From IMG/VR virus record IMGVR_UViG_3300037851_000461, positions 1-59,218 of that record: a stretch of DNA of 59,218 nucleotides; one strand, given 5' to 3'. The notes beneath the pieces are model-generated. The model was not told where the DNA came from, did not search any database, and worked only from the letters and a program-made list of their open reading frames with translations. The DNA comes from a virus. Its lineage: Duplodnaviria > Heunggongvirae > Uroviricota > Caudoviricetes. Position numbers and translations under genes: made by a program. Positions 8,415-17,664 of this stretch are shown here, piece after piece (position 1 is the stretch's first letter; every line of letters begins with the position of its first letter).

Positions 8415-11400
8415 CAGAAACGGAAAAGTTATATCCCGACAGAAAGATTAAGGCAATACTTCACTTCAGCGACGCGCACATCCGACTGACCTCTCGTCAT
8501 AAAGAATACCGAGAAGCATTTGACAAGATGTATGATATTGCATCGAAACTTCCGGTCAATGAAACGCTCATAGTTTTCTGCGGAGACCTTTTCCATAGTA
8601 AGGTCGATCTGAGTCCCGAGGCTGTTCAATTGGCTTCGGAACTTCTCGTCAATCTTGCAAACATCCATCCCCTCGTTTTGATTGCGGGCAATCACGATGC
8701 TCTTCTCAACAACGATTCTCGAATGGATTCGGTGTCACCAATCGTTCAGAATCTCAAGCACGAACACATCCATTACTTCAAGAAGACCGGATTGTATGGC
8801 GTAGGTAACGTTCTATTCAACAACTTCAGCGTGTTCGATAACCGTGAGAACTATATCAACACGAAGGAAATCCCGAACAAACTGAAGGTTAAATATGACA
8901 AGTTGATCGGTCTCTTCCACGGCCCCGTCTACGGAATGATGACTGACTTGGGATACGCCGTTGGTGACAAATCTATTTCCGCCGAACTATACGACGGTTT
9001 GGATATCGTGCTCTGCGGCGATATTCACAAGGCGCAGACGATTTACATCGAAGAATTCACCAGCAAGGAAAACCAGCACAACTACAACGAGAAGGAATGG
9101 TCGTTCTACTATGACGATCAGAAGCGGTATATCGCTCGCAAGAACACTCCTATCATTCGTCAGGCTGGAAGTTTGATTCAGCAGAATCACGGTGAAACTC
9201 TCGACGGGCACGGCTTCTCGGTGTGGAACCTTGAAACAAATCAGTTCCTCCACGTTGAGATTCCAAACGACTATGGTCATGTCACCATTGACATTGAAGG
9301 CGGAAAACTGATAACGGATATCAAAGATATTCCGGTAAAGGCTAAGATTCGTGTTCGATGCAAGGAATCCGTTTCATCGGAAGTCAAACAGGTTATTCTC
9401 GATATCAAGAAGAAGATTCAGCCAAGTGAAATCTCATACGTCAGAATTGACGGTGAAACCGCCGAGTCAAACGCCGTGGCACAGGATTTGGCTGCTCTCA
9501 ATCTACAGAGTTTGGCAAGTGTTGATTATCAGAATCAACTCATTGAGTCATACCTCCGCTTGAATTACGAGGTTGATGACGAAATCCTCGCGACTATTTT
9601 CAACATCAATAAGCAGATCAACGCTGAGATTACAAAGGATCAAAAGGCGACCAACATTCGCTGGAATCCAAAGCGTTTCGAATTCTCCAACATGTTCTCA
9701 TATGGAGAAAACAACGTCATTGACTTCGGTCAGATGAAGGGAACGATGGGTCTCTTCGCATCGAATGCTTCAGGTAAGTCGAGCATCTTCGAGGCTCTTA
9801 TGTTCTGTATCTTTGACAAGTCGTCGAAGGCATTCAAGGCAGCGAATATCATCAACACACAGAAGATGGGATTCTCCTGCAAGTTCACATTCGAAATCAA
9901 CGGCGTCGATTACACCATCGAAAAGTCGGGAGCCAAGGATAAGAAGGGTCACGTTCCGGTCAAAATTCAGTTTTACAAGACCGAGAACGGCGAAGTCACC
10001 AACCTTGAGGGTGAAGACCGAGACAAGACAAACGAAGCAATCCGCTCTTATGTAGGTTCGTATGAAGATTTCATCCTCACAACCATGTCTCTTCAGGGAT
10101 TCAAGACTAAGAACATCGTTGACATGGGACAGACCGACCGAAAAGACCTTCTATGCAAGTTCATGGGTCTTGATGTATTTGAGAAACTCATTGCAATTGC
10201 CTCTGAGAGAATGAAGGAAGCCAACTCAAAGTTGAAACTCTTCTCCCGTGAATCAATTGACAAGAATTTGGTGGATATCAACTCTGAAATTGAAACGCGT
10301 GAGAAGAAGGCATTGGAACTTGCCGAACGCATCAAGCAGGGTAACGAAATCATTGCTACCATCAACAATCAAATCGTCGAACTATCGGAAAAACTTACTC
10401 CGTTGAGTGATGTTCCGACCGATATCGAACGCGAGCGTGAAAAACTTTCCGACGTTATCGAAAGTATTGCCGAACTTGAGAAGCAGGTTGAAGAAAAGAC
10501 CGAGTTGGTCGCTTCCATCGTGAAGGAACTCGAAGCACTCAAGGCATCTCTCAAAGATTCCAAGTTTGATGACATCGAAAACAAGATGAAGGCATACAAT
10601 GCCCTTGTTTCCGAAATCAACAAGATGAACACAGTAATCGACAAGTATGAGGCTACTGTGTCTGTCAAACTCGATCAACTGAAGAAACACACCGATCAGC
10701 ACGATTTCGACCCAAACTGCGAATTTTGTGTCAAGAACAACCAAAAGCGTGCCGATGAACTCGTTCGCATCAAGGAATCCTTGATGAAGGATAAGGAAGC
10801 GGTCACGAAGAAGGTTGAGGAACGCGATGCAAAGAAGGCTGAAGCGGATACTATGGCTTCTGTGGTGGCATTGTATGATGAATGGAAGACGATTTCATCC
10901 GCCGTTTCCGCCAAGACGACTGCACACAACAAGGAAAACGTCACGCTCCTGAAGAAGCAGAATGAACTTCTCTCTCAGAAGACGACGAAGGAAAAACTCG
11001 AAGCCTCTATCCAGAAATATGAGCAGTTCAAGGAAACTGTTCAGAAGAACAATGAAATCAATGCACAGATTGCGGTTCAGAAGAAGTCGCTGGGCAATGC
11101 TCAATACGATTTGAAGACCGCATCCAAGGAGCACACCGAAAATACGTCTCGGTTGGTGTCTCTTAAAGACCAAATCAAGGAAATCACCAACAAGATTGAA
11201 TTGGTCGGCAAACTTGAAGACGAATATGCTGGATACGAGGCTTACCTGACGGCAATCGGTAAGAACGGTGTTCCATACGAATTGATCAAGAGCATTCTTC
11301 CATTGATTCAGAAGGAAGTTAACAACATTCTCAGCCAGATTACCGACTTCACCATTCGCCTTGAGTCGGAATCCAATAACATCAACATTTACATCGAATA

Positions 11401-11704
11401 CGAGAACGCAACATGGCCCGTCGAAATGGCTTCCGGAATGGAAAAGTTCATTACCACACTTGCGCTCCGTGTTGCAATGTTTGATATCAGCAATCTACCC
11501 CGCCCGAACTTCTTGGCGGTTGACGAAGGATGGTCGGCGTGCGACGGAAACAACATCGCGCAGATTCCAGTTCTTCTCTCCTACCTCAAGACACAGTTCG
11601 ATTTCATCGTGATCATAAGCCACCTTGATCAGATGAGGGATTTTGTTGATAAACTGATTGAGATTAAGAAAATCGATGGCTATTCAGCCGTTGACTTTCA
11701 GTGA
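8411..11704 (+). CDS. Fused Mre11/SbcD nuclease - Rad50/SbcC ATPase (gp47-gp46-like)
   Basis: HFSDAH, GDLFH, AGNHD, FHG, GDIH; Walker A ASNASGKS, coiled coil with CEFC zinc hook, ASGMEK signature, AVDEG Walker B, IISH. Confidence 0.93.
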   Translation: MTETEKLYPDRKIKAILHFSDAHIRLTSRHKEYREAFDKMYDIASKLPVNETLIVFCGDLFHSKVDLSPEAVQLASELLVNLANIHPLVLIAGNHDALLNNDSRMDSVSPIVQNLKHEHIHYFKKTGLYGVGNVLFNNFSVFDNRENYINTKEIPNKLKVKYDKLIGLFHGPVYGMMTDLGYAVGDKSISAELYDGLDIVLCGDIHKAQTIYIEEFTSKENQHNYNEKEWSFYYDDQKRYIARKNTPIIRQAGSLIQQNHGETLDGHGFSVWNLETNQFLHVEIPNDYGHVTIDIEGGKLITDIKDIPVKAKIRVRCKESVSSEVKQVILDIKKKIQPSEISYVRIDGETAESNAVAQDLAALNLQSLASVDYQNQLIESYLRLNYEVDDEILATIFNINKQINAEITKDQKATNIRWNPKRFEFSNMFSYGENNVIDFGQMKGTMGLFASNASGKSSIFEALMFCIFDKSSKAFKAANIINTQKMGFSCKFTFEINGVDYTIEKSGAKDKKGHVPVKIQFYKTENGEVTNLEGEDRDKTNEAIRSYVGSYEDFILTTMSLQGFKTKNIVDMGQTDRKDLLCKFMGLDVFEKLIAIASERMKEANSKLKLFSRESIDKNLVDINSEIETREKKALELAERIKQGNEIIATINNQIVELSEKLTPLSDVPTDIEREREKLSDVIESIAELEKQVEEKTELVASIVKELEALKASLKDSKFDDIENKMKAYNALVSEINKMNTVIDKYEATVSVKLDQLKKHTDQHDFDPNCEFCVKNNQKRADELVRIKESLMKDKEAVTKKVEERDAKKAEADTMASVVALYDEWKTISSAVSAKTTAHNKENVTLLKKQNELLSQKTTKEKLEASIQKYEQFKETVQKNNEINAQIAVQKKSLGNAQYDLKTASKEHTENTSRLVSLKDQIKEITNKIELVGKLEDEYAGYEAYLTAIGKNGVPYELIKSILPLIQKEVNNILSQITDFTIRLESESNNINIYIEYENATWPVEMASGMEKFITTLALRVAMFDISNLPRPNFLAVDEGWSACDGNNIAQIPVLLSYLKTQFDFIVIISHLDQMRDFVDKLIEIKKIDGYSAVDFQ

Positions 11705-11777
11705 TAAGCGTTTTTGATTAGATACGCTTATAACCAGCATTATTTTAATGCTGGGTAGGGTATTTTGCTCAGAATAC

Positions 11778-11808
11778 TTGACAAATGCTCGGGTTCCTGA
11801 TTACTTAA
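11778..11808 (+). promoter_or_regulatory. Sigma70-like promoter
   Basis: TTGACA-N18-TACTTAA upstream of the small ORF at 11877. Confidence 0.5.
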
Positions 11809-11876
11809 TCTTGAACAACTGATACTGGAAGGCTTGATCAGCCGGAAGGTGGAGGTTCTTAACAGTAAAGGATACA

Positions 11877-11984
11877 ATGATCATCGAAACAATGACGACC
11901 ATCGTATCTTGGGGAACGGTTCTCGGAATCCTCGCTATCGCACTCGCTGAGTACGGTCGCAAGACGAAAACCGCTCTGAGATAA
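11877..11984 (+). CDS. 35-aa single-pass membrane peptide (absent from the ORF track)
   Basis: MIIETMTTIVSWGTVLGILAIALAEYGRKTKTALR; AAGGA RBS, own promoter, downstream hairpin. Confidence 0.5.
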   Translation: MIIETMTTIVSWGTVLGILAIALAEYGRKTKTALR

Positions 11985-11997
11985 CAAAACAGATAAC

Positions 11998-12030
11998 AAA
12001 AAAGGGGAGGGTGTAAGAACACCCTCCCCT
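11998..12030 (-). terminator. Rho-independent terminator between converging units
   Basis: 12-bp stem aggggagggtgt/acaccctcccct, 4-nt loop, U-tract on the - strand. Confidence 0.85.
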
Positions 12031-12057
12031 TCCTATTTACTAATTGCTGGGCAGCGG

Positions 12058-12699
12058 TTACGCCTTGGATGGGGCACCGGCTTCGCCAGTGGAACCGAAT
12101 CCGCCGCCACGGTCAATGCCGGGCAGTTCATCGACAAGTTCGAACTCGATATCATGTGTTTGAACCGGGAGCATTTGAGCAATGCGGTCACCCTTTTTAT
12201 AGAGACGCTCCGGATTGACCGTTCCATTGAGGCGACGGGCAACAATGGCTTGATCGCCTGTTGGAATCATGTCGGAAGTGATCGTAACGAGCAAATCTTC
12301 GGGTTGCCACACATACCGGAACCGAATCAGAACTTGGTTCATGTAGCCACGGTCAATGAGACCAATGGAATTGGCAAGAACGAGGTTCGTCTTGGATGAA
12401 ATGCTTGAGCGTGGGCGTACATCCGTGTGGAAGTTTGCACCAATATAACCCAACGTCTGAAAATCGGCGAACTTGACGGTCGATCCTTCGAACTTGAAGT
12501 CAGGCGACTCCGGAACGAAGTAGAGATTCGTCTCGTACTCGATATAATGAACCGATGCGAACACGTTCGACTCGGGTGGCTTTGCACCAACGATGATTGG
12601 ATCACTTGTAGCCGTGATATCATATCCAGCATCGTGAGGGTTGGCTCGCATTGGAACGGTAAGACCGTCAACTTTCTTTAGGTAGTATTTGACTTTCAT
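12058..12699 (-). CDS. dut: Trimeric dUTPase
   Basis: DAGYD, PRSS, NSIGLIDRGY, RIAQM, RGGGFGSTG motifs. Confidence 0.92.
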   Translation of the reverse strand: MKVKYYLKKVDGLTVPMRANPHDAGYDITATSDPIIVGAKPPESNVFASVHYIEYETNLYFVPESPDFKFEGSTVKFADFQTLGYIGANFHTDVRPRSSISSKTNLVLANSIGLIDRGYMNQVLIRFRYVWQPEDLLVTITSDMIPTGDQAIVARRLNGTVNPERLYKKGDRIAQMLPVQTHDIEFELVDELPGIDRGGGFGSTGEAGAPSKA

Positions 12700-12706
12700 G
12701 AATAAA

Positions 12707-13012
12707 TTAAGTTGCCAATGTCGGAATATCGACAAAATCGCTTACCTTAACGTGAACGGATTTCAGGTGAAGGCTGTTCTGCTCATCGTCTGCAACGAAT
12801 TCAAGAAAAAATACCATCGCCATCTTGCTTGGAATTGTGCTCAACTGTTTCTCGAACGTTTCTGGCGCATCGGTATCTTTATGTAAGAGAGCCGAATATT
12901 TTGCCGAGAACATTTTCTGTCGGTCGGTGTTGAGTGGATAGGCATTGTTCAGATATTCGAGCAACTCTTCCTTCGTTCCCTCGTATAGCGTGTGTATTTT
13001 CATATGATTCAT
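12707..13012 (-). CDS. Hypothetical protein
   Basis: 101-aa ORF, translationally coupled to its neighbours. Confidence 0.6.
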   Translation of the reverse strand: MNHMKIHTLYEGTKEELLEYLNNAYPLNTDRQKMFSAKYSALLHKDTDAPETFEKQLSTIPSKMAMVFFLEFVADDEQNSLHLKSVHVKVSDFVDIPTLAT

Positions 13013-13500
13013 TCCGTAAAATATTCACGAACAGTGTTCTCGAAAATCTGCTTCAACTGAGCATCCATGTTATATCTCTTGGCGTTTATTTCAATCGACT
13101 TTCGAATGTTGCCATTCTTGTTGCGTGCCGTCGCGGCTTTCCAGTCGGCAAGCATTTCAACCAAGTCGATAAGCGTCATGTCATTCACGCCCTTGGGATG
13201 ATGCTCGGGATGGTGACGATTTTTGGCATAGTGATGCTCAATTGCGGGCTTGACCTTTTCAAGCAGCGCGTGGTATTCGGGCGAGCCGTATTCCGTTTGT
13301 GCCAACAGGTGTGTATTGTCTCCGAAGATTTCCGCCTCGGGTGATTCGAACTTGGAATCATCGTGCTTCAGAGAGCGCGAGAGCAAGTCGTTAATGAACT
13401 TTCGCATGTTTTCACGAACCTCTCGAACGTGTTTATACGTTTCGATGGTCGCGAGAGCACGCGTCAATTTTTGTTCAGCGGTTAGTTCTTCGGGTTGCAT
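13009..13500 (-). CDS. DUF5662-like (HD-like) protein
   Basis: KHDDSK...HHYAKNRHHPEH...DLVEMLADW motif set. Confidence 0.7.
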   Translation of the reverse strand: MQPEELTAEQKLTRALATIETYKHVREVRENMRKFINDLLSRSLKHDDSKFESPEAEIFGDNTHLLAQTEYGSPEYHALLEKVKPAIEHHYAKNRHHPEHHPKGVNDMTLIDLVEMLADWKAATARNKNGNIRKSIEINAKRYNMDAQLKQIFENTVREYFTE

Positions 13501-13504
13501 AATC

Positions 13505-13798
13505 TTATCGTGTTGGTGGCGGAACTCCGGATTTCTGCATATCCGCTTTGGGTAGAATTTCCAAACTACCATCCTTATATAGACGCAATCGGAACTGGAT
13601 TCTCCTACCGACGTTGATATGCCAGTGAACGTCCTTAAGTGCTTGTGGTATTTCGGAAGACGGAACTTCCAGTGGAATCGTTGGAGTGCCAAAGTAAGCG
13701 GTGTTTGCCAACGCACGCCATTTCTGTGAAGCCACTTGATCTACAACCAATGGCATCGAAGAAACCACTTCAATGTAATCTTTGTTTTCTTCGCTCAC
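13505..13798 (-). CDS. Hypothetical protein
   Basis: 97-aa ORF in operon. Confidence 0.6.
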   Translation of the reverse strand: MSEENKDYIEVVSSMPLVVDQVASQKWRALANTAYFGTPTIPLEVPSSEIPQALKDVHWHINVGRRIQFRLRLYKDGSLEILPKADMQKSGVPPPTR

Positions 13799-14667
13799 TT
13801 CAGCCTCCTATATTCGTCGAGTTTGAACTGTTCGTAACGGGCTTTGATTTCGGGAGTGATGATTGGGTGCCGGTATTGATCCAGTGGCGTCCACGTTCCC
13901 CATTTCTTCATAAAGTGATCGTGTGCTCTCTTGCTATAGAAAGCATACTTGTCATGGTCTTTACCCACTTCTTTAGACCATCCACGATGACCACGAGAGC
14001 AGAAGTGGTAGCACAGAGCATCCCACGATTGAATCAGATTGACTTCCTCACAGCCAAGGCGAGTAAACCAATCGTGGTCCTCATGTGGGTAAGGGGCAAA
14101 GCCCAAATCCATTCCACCAAGTTCGAGGTATTCATCCTTCGACATGAGCCACGGAGCAAAGATTCCCTTCGTGTATTCTCCTGCCTTCTGTTCTTTGATG
14201 GCTGCACATACCTCTTTGAAGTAAGATTCATCGAACTCTTCGGAATACATCGCAAAATCCACCAAAATCTTCTCGGGTGAAGGAGGATACAGACCTTCGG
14301 GTTCAACACGGGTACCGGAGACAACCGTCCACGGTTTCCACCACTTGACCAAGTTTGGAACGTAATCCTTGTCAAACACCATGTCAGAATGGGCAATGCT
14401 GAACAAGTGTGTCTTGCAGAAATCACGAACTCCGATGTTGTAGGTCGTCGTATGACCAACTATTTCTCCGGTTGTATTGTACCAGCAAGTCAAACAATCA
14501 TCGTGTGCCAAACTCTTCATCCAGTTCTGTGTTCCATCCGTTGATCCATCATCGAGAATGACGATATCGTGCTTGACTGGCATAGCACGAATTGACAGGT
14601 ATGCGAGGATTGTGTAATCCAGTGTGTTAAACGATGGTAAAATAAAAGTAATCTTCGTGTTGTTCAT
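13795..14667 (-). CDS. Glycosyltransferase family 2
   Basis: ILPSFN, ILDDGSTDGT, HSDM, PHEDHDW, YHFCSRG. Confidence 0.88.
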   Translation of the reverse strand: MNNTKITFILPSFNTLDYTILAYLSIRAMPVKHDIVILDDGSTDGTQNWMKSLAHDDCLTCWYNTTGEIVGHTTTYNIGVRDFCKTHLFSIAHSDMVFDKDYVPNLVKWWKPWTVVSGTRVEPEGLYPPSPEKILVDFAMYSEEFDESYFKEVCAAIKEQKAGEYTKGIFAPWLMSKDEYLELGGMDLGFAPYPHEDHDWFTRLGCEEVNLIQSWDALCYHFCSRGHRGWSKEVGKDHDKYAFYSKRAHDHFMKKWGTWTPLDQYRHPIITPEIKARYEQFKLDEYRRLK

Positions 14668-14834
14668 CCTTCGCCAATACCTTTCTTGTTGGTTGGATCG
14701 CGTGACGGGTCATATTCCTCGTTCACATCCTCCACGATCATTACATCGGCAGATTGAATGATGAAACGCGCAGTGTCACCGACAATGTAGATTCGGTCAC
14801 CTTTCTTTAGGAATTTGATTCTCGGCTCGTTCAT
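14664..14834 (-). CDS. Small hypothetical protein (56 aa, absent from the ORF track)
   Basis: MNEPRIKFLKKGDRIYIVGD...KKGIGEG; ATGA overlaps at both ends. Confidence 0.55.
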   Translation of the reverse strand: MNEPRIKFLKKGDRIYIVGDTARFIIQSADVMIVEDVNEEYDPSRDPTNKKGIGEG

Positions 14835-15085
14835 CATTTTGGGTAGACAATCAAGAAATCAACGACCTGAAATGGCTCATCTTCTTTACGAAACGCGACG
14901 GTGATGCCAACGGTTCTGTTGTCGATCTTGTACATTCTCGTCATGGCGTCGCAAACTTTGAACTTGTCGATCATATGATTGGTGAGTTCTTCCACCGCCA
15001 CGCGCTTTGCGATTTCATCGAAGCCATTCTTGAAGTGCTTCGGAGTGTTTTTGATGATGAATGCCTTGAGTTTTGTTGAGTTCAT
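14834..15085 (-). CDS. Hypothetical protein
   Basis: Start MNSTK overlaps the stop of the dCMP deaminase. Confidence 0.55.
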   Translation of the reverse strand: MNSTKLKAFIIKNTPKHFKNGFDEIAKRVAVEELTNHMIDKFKVCDAMTRMYKIDNRTVGITVAFRKEDEPFQVVDFLIVYPK

Positions 15086-15648
15086 ACTTTGAGAATCTTT
15101 CCATCCCGGAGGTAATCCATCCCGAGAACTTTGTCGAAGTAGCGAATTTCTACTCCACATTCTTTGCACATTTCCAAAGAACGCAAGCCTTGTTCATACC
15201 ACTTGTCGCCAAAGGTATTGACGGCTTGAGTGTGCAGAACAAGTTCCTTGATTCCAGATTGAATGACGCCACGGCAGCAATCACAGCACGGGATCGCCTG
15301 TGTGTACATTGTGGCACCGACGAGGGAGACTCCGGATCGGCAAGCGTTGTAAACGGCATTGCGCTCGGCGTGCTCAAACCAAAAATACTTCTCGGGGCGA
15401 ATGAATCGCGCAGGAACGCTATCATTAAGACCGCGAGGAAATGAGTTGTAGCCGGTGCTGAGAATCTCGTGTTCTTTGCCGACTACGACGGCACCGATGT
15501 TCGTGCGGTTATCCTTGCTCTTGTAGGAAGCAAGATACACCATACGCATGAAATATTCATCCCAATCGGCGATATAGGTTGGAGAACGCTCGATTACAGG
15601 AGCATTCACAACGGAATCAGGCAAGCAATGAAAGTTCTCTTCGGTCAT
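15082..15648 (-). CDS. dCMP deaminase
   Basis: HAERNA and PCCDC zinc motifs; IGAVVV...LSTGYN. Confidence 0.9.
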   Translation of the reverse strand: MTEENFHCLPDSVVNAPVIERSPTYIADWDEYFMRMVYLASYKSKDNRTNIGAVVVGKEHEILSTGYNSFPRGLNDSVPARFIRPEKYFWFEHAERNAVYNACRSGVSLVGATMYTQAIPCCDCCRGVIQSGIKELVLHTQAVNTFGDKWYEQGLRSLEMCKECGVEIRYFDKVLGMDYLRDGKILKV

Positions 15649-15839
15649 TTTCCACTCCTATCCGCATTAACCGTTGCAATGATGATGCAAAACGGGCAAA
15701 ACAAAAGGTTCACTATGAATGCCATCGGAACCTTCCACCACGACTTTCCATAAAGGATAATCTGCATTCGAGTGGCGTAGATCGCCCAAAAGATGCAAAG
15801 CATGACGTAGTGTGTGTAGTTGATATGCAGGTCGGTCAT
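15645..15839 (-). CDS. Small membrane protein
   Basis: Two hydrophobic segments, coupled ORF. Confidence 0.55.
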   Translation of the reverse strand: MTDLHINYTHYVMLCIFWAIYATRMQIILYGKSWWKVPMAFIVNLLFCPFCIIIATVNADRSGK

Positions 15840-16081
15840 GATTTTTTGACATCCTCGATTGCTTGTTTGAAATGGGCGATAACGTTGTTCATCTTAAACC
15901 ATTCAGCGGTAAACTCGTCAACTTGCTCTGGCATCAAATCCAAGTCATACAAAAGACTCATTATGACGCTGTTTTTATTGGCGTAACGAACAAGTTCATC
16001 CGAACGCTGACGTTGCTCGAATTGTTCTCGGGCATATAGTTCTTCTGGCAAGTCTTCGGGTCGTTCGAATGATTCTGGCAT
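15836..16081 (-). CDS. Hypothetical protein
   Basis: 81-aa coupled ORF. Confidence 0.55.
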   Translation of the reverse strand: MPESFERPEDLPEELYAREQFEQRQRSDELVRYANKNSVIMSLLYDLDLMPEQVDEFTAEWFKMNNVIAHFKQAIEDVKKS

Positions 16082-16083
16082 AG

Positions 16084-16302
16084 TTACGTCAATTTACTCC
16101 TGATATCCTTGAGGGATTTGATCAAACCGTCAAGTTCTTTCAACTCTTCTTCGGTTGATAGGCTTCCCCACACCTTGAAATCGGGAGCATCCTTCATGAC
16201 AATTTCAAACCACTTATTGTGAGAGCCTTTCGTCTTCTTCGAGTGATCCTCAAAAAAGTCAATCTGGAATGGTCCTACGATGCATGTCGTGATTGGGTAC
16301 AT
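16084..16302 (-). CDS. Hypothetical protein
   Basis: Start MYPIT after AGGAG RBS. Confidence 0.55.
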   Translation of the reverse strand: MYPITTCIVGPFQIDFFEDHSKKTKGSHNKWFEIVMKDAPDFKVWGSLSTEEELKELDGLIKSLKDIRSKLT

Positions 16303-16321
16303 AATGCTCCTTTTTTTAGTG

Positions 16322-16639
16322 TTATCCTTGCAAGAGAGACTTCGGGGCAGATGGAATAACTGTGCGAGGAACCGAACCGTTGTTTTCCATAGCGGCAACA
16401 GCAAGAGCACCGATCTTCCGCATGATTTCAGCGGCTTCTCCATCAGCAACTTGCTTTGGCTTTGTAGAAAGGGTTGCCTTTGCCAGACCAACGTAATGGT
16501 CAATATACATTACCCACTCTTCCCACGAATGATTGCCATCGCTCGTAGTTGTTGCCGGATTCCAACGGGAATCCTGATATGCTCGCTCACCTTCGATCAG
16601 GTCGAAGACCTGTGGTCTTGTCATAGTTCGTCTTGTCAT
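16322..16639 (-). CDS. Small all-alpha protein, possibly MazG-like NTP pyrophosphohydrolase fold
   Basis: ERAYQDSRW...WEEWVMYI...KIGALAVAAME resembles small phage MazG-like proteins but lacks a clear ExxE pair. Confidence 0.4.
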   Translation of the reverse strand: MTRRTMTRPQVFDLIEGERAYQDSRWNPATTTSDGNHSWEEWVMYIDHYVGLAKATLSTKPKQVADGEAAEIMRKIGALAVAAMENNGSVPRTVIPSAPKSLLQG

Positions 16640-16649
16640 AGTGTTATCC

Positions 16650-17657
16650 TCAATGAATGTATTTGTATTCTACTTCCTTCATAGCCTTCAGATCGAGACC
16701 GCCTGCGTATGAAATTGCAGATTGCATGTCTTGTTCGATTTCAGCCACGTATTCGGTGTAGGTCATTCCATTGCAAGGAATGATGATTTCCCTGCCCTCA
16801 ACGTGCTTCTTCTGCCCACGCTTGCTCTTGGAGTGTGATGATGCAGAACCAAAGTATCGCTTGTGCGTCACGACGCCTTCATCGTTGACAATGCTTTCGG
16901 CGGGCGAGTCGATGCACGCAGCAAACAAACCTCCAGACATACACATCGTAGCACCTGCTACAAGAGCCTTGGAGAAATCACCATTGTTCCGAGCACCACC
17001 ATCGGCGATGATTGGTAGACTATTCATAGTTCTCGGTCCACATGCCAGAACAGCGTCAAACATGGGAACGCCGAATCCGGTATGATTGTATGTTGTGCAC
17101 GCTGCGCCTTGGGCAATGCCCACCTTGGCGGCATTGGCACCCCATCGTTTCAAATCATGTGACGCCTCTGCGGTGCAAATGTTTCCCGCAATGATGAATG
17201 GCTTCTTCCACTTCACATTGGTCGCCGAATAGAGAGTGTTGATGTATTTCAACATATTCTCCATCAAAATGGAATGACCGTGGGCAATGTCGATGGTGAT
17301 GTAATCGACGCGCCATGCCGGGTTTTCTTTTTCTGCCTCAATGCAGAGTTTGGCAATAAGTTCGTAATCTTCCTGTTGAACGCCAATCGAAATTGACACC
17401 ACGCGGAACTTTTCTTCGTTGGCACGCTGGATAAACTCGCGGGTATCATCAAAACGATGCATGACGTAGAACGTTCGAAGCATGTCGAGGAGTTTTGCAG
17501 TGTCAAAATCAATGCAACACTCCATATTTGCTGGCATCACAGGTGTTCGAAAACCGAAGTTGCCGAATTCTACTTCTGCATCGCAGTCGAGTGCTCGGGA
17601 TTTTGCAATCCCCTTCTTGGGAAATAGGCAGACATGTTCGTATCCGTGGCTATACAT
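16650..17657 (-). CDS. guaC: GMP reductase
   Basis: PANM, IDIAHGHS, KVGIAQGAACTT (catalytic Cys), IIADGG, YFGSAS, HVEG; no CBS domains. Confidence 0.88.
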   Translation of the reverse strand: MYSHGYEHVCLFPKKGIAKSRALDCDAEVEFGNFGFRTPVMPANMECCIDFDTAKLLDMLRTFYVMHRFDDTREFIQRANEEKFRVVSISIGVQQEDYELIAKLCIEAEKENPAWRVDYITIDIAHGHSILMENMLKYINTLYSATNVKWKKPFIIAGNICTAEASHDLKRWGANAAKVGIAQGAACTTYNHTGFGVPMFDAVLACGPRTMNSLPIIADGGARNNGDFSKALVAGATMCMSGGLFAACIDSPAESIVNDEGVVTHKRYFGSASSHSKSKRGQKKHVEGREIIIPCNGMTYTEYVAEIEQDMQSAISYAGGLDLKAMKEVEYKYIH

Positions 17658-17664
17658 AGTTTCC

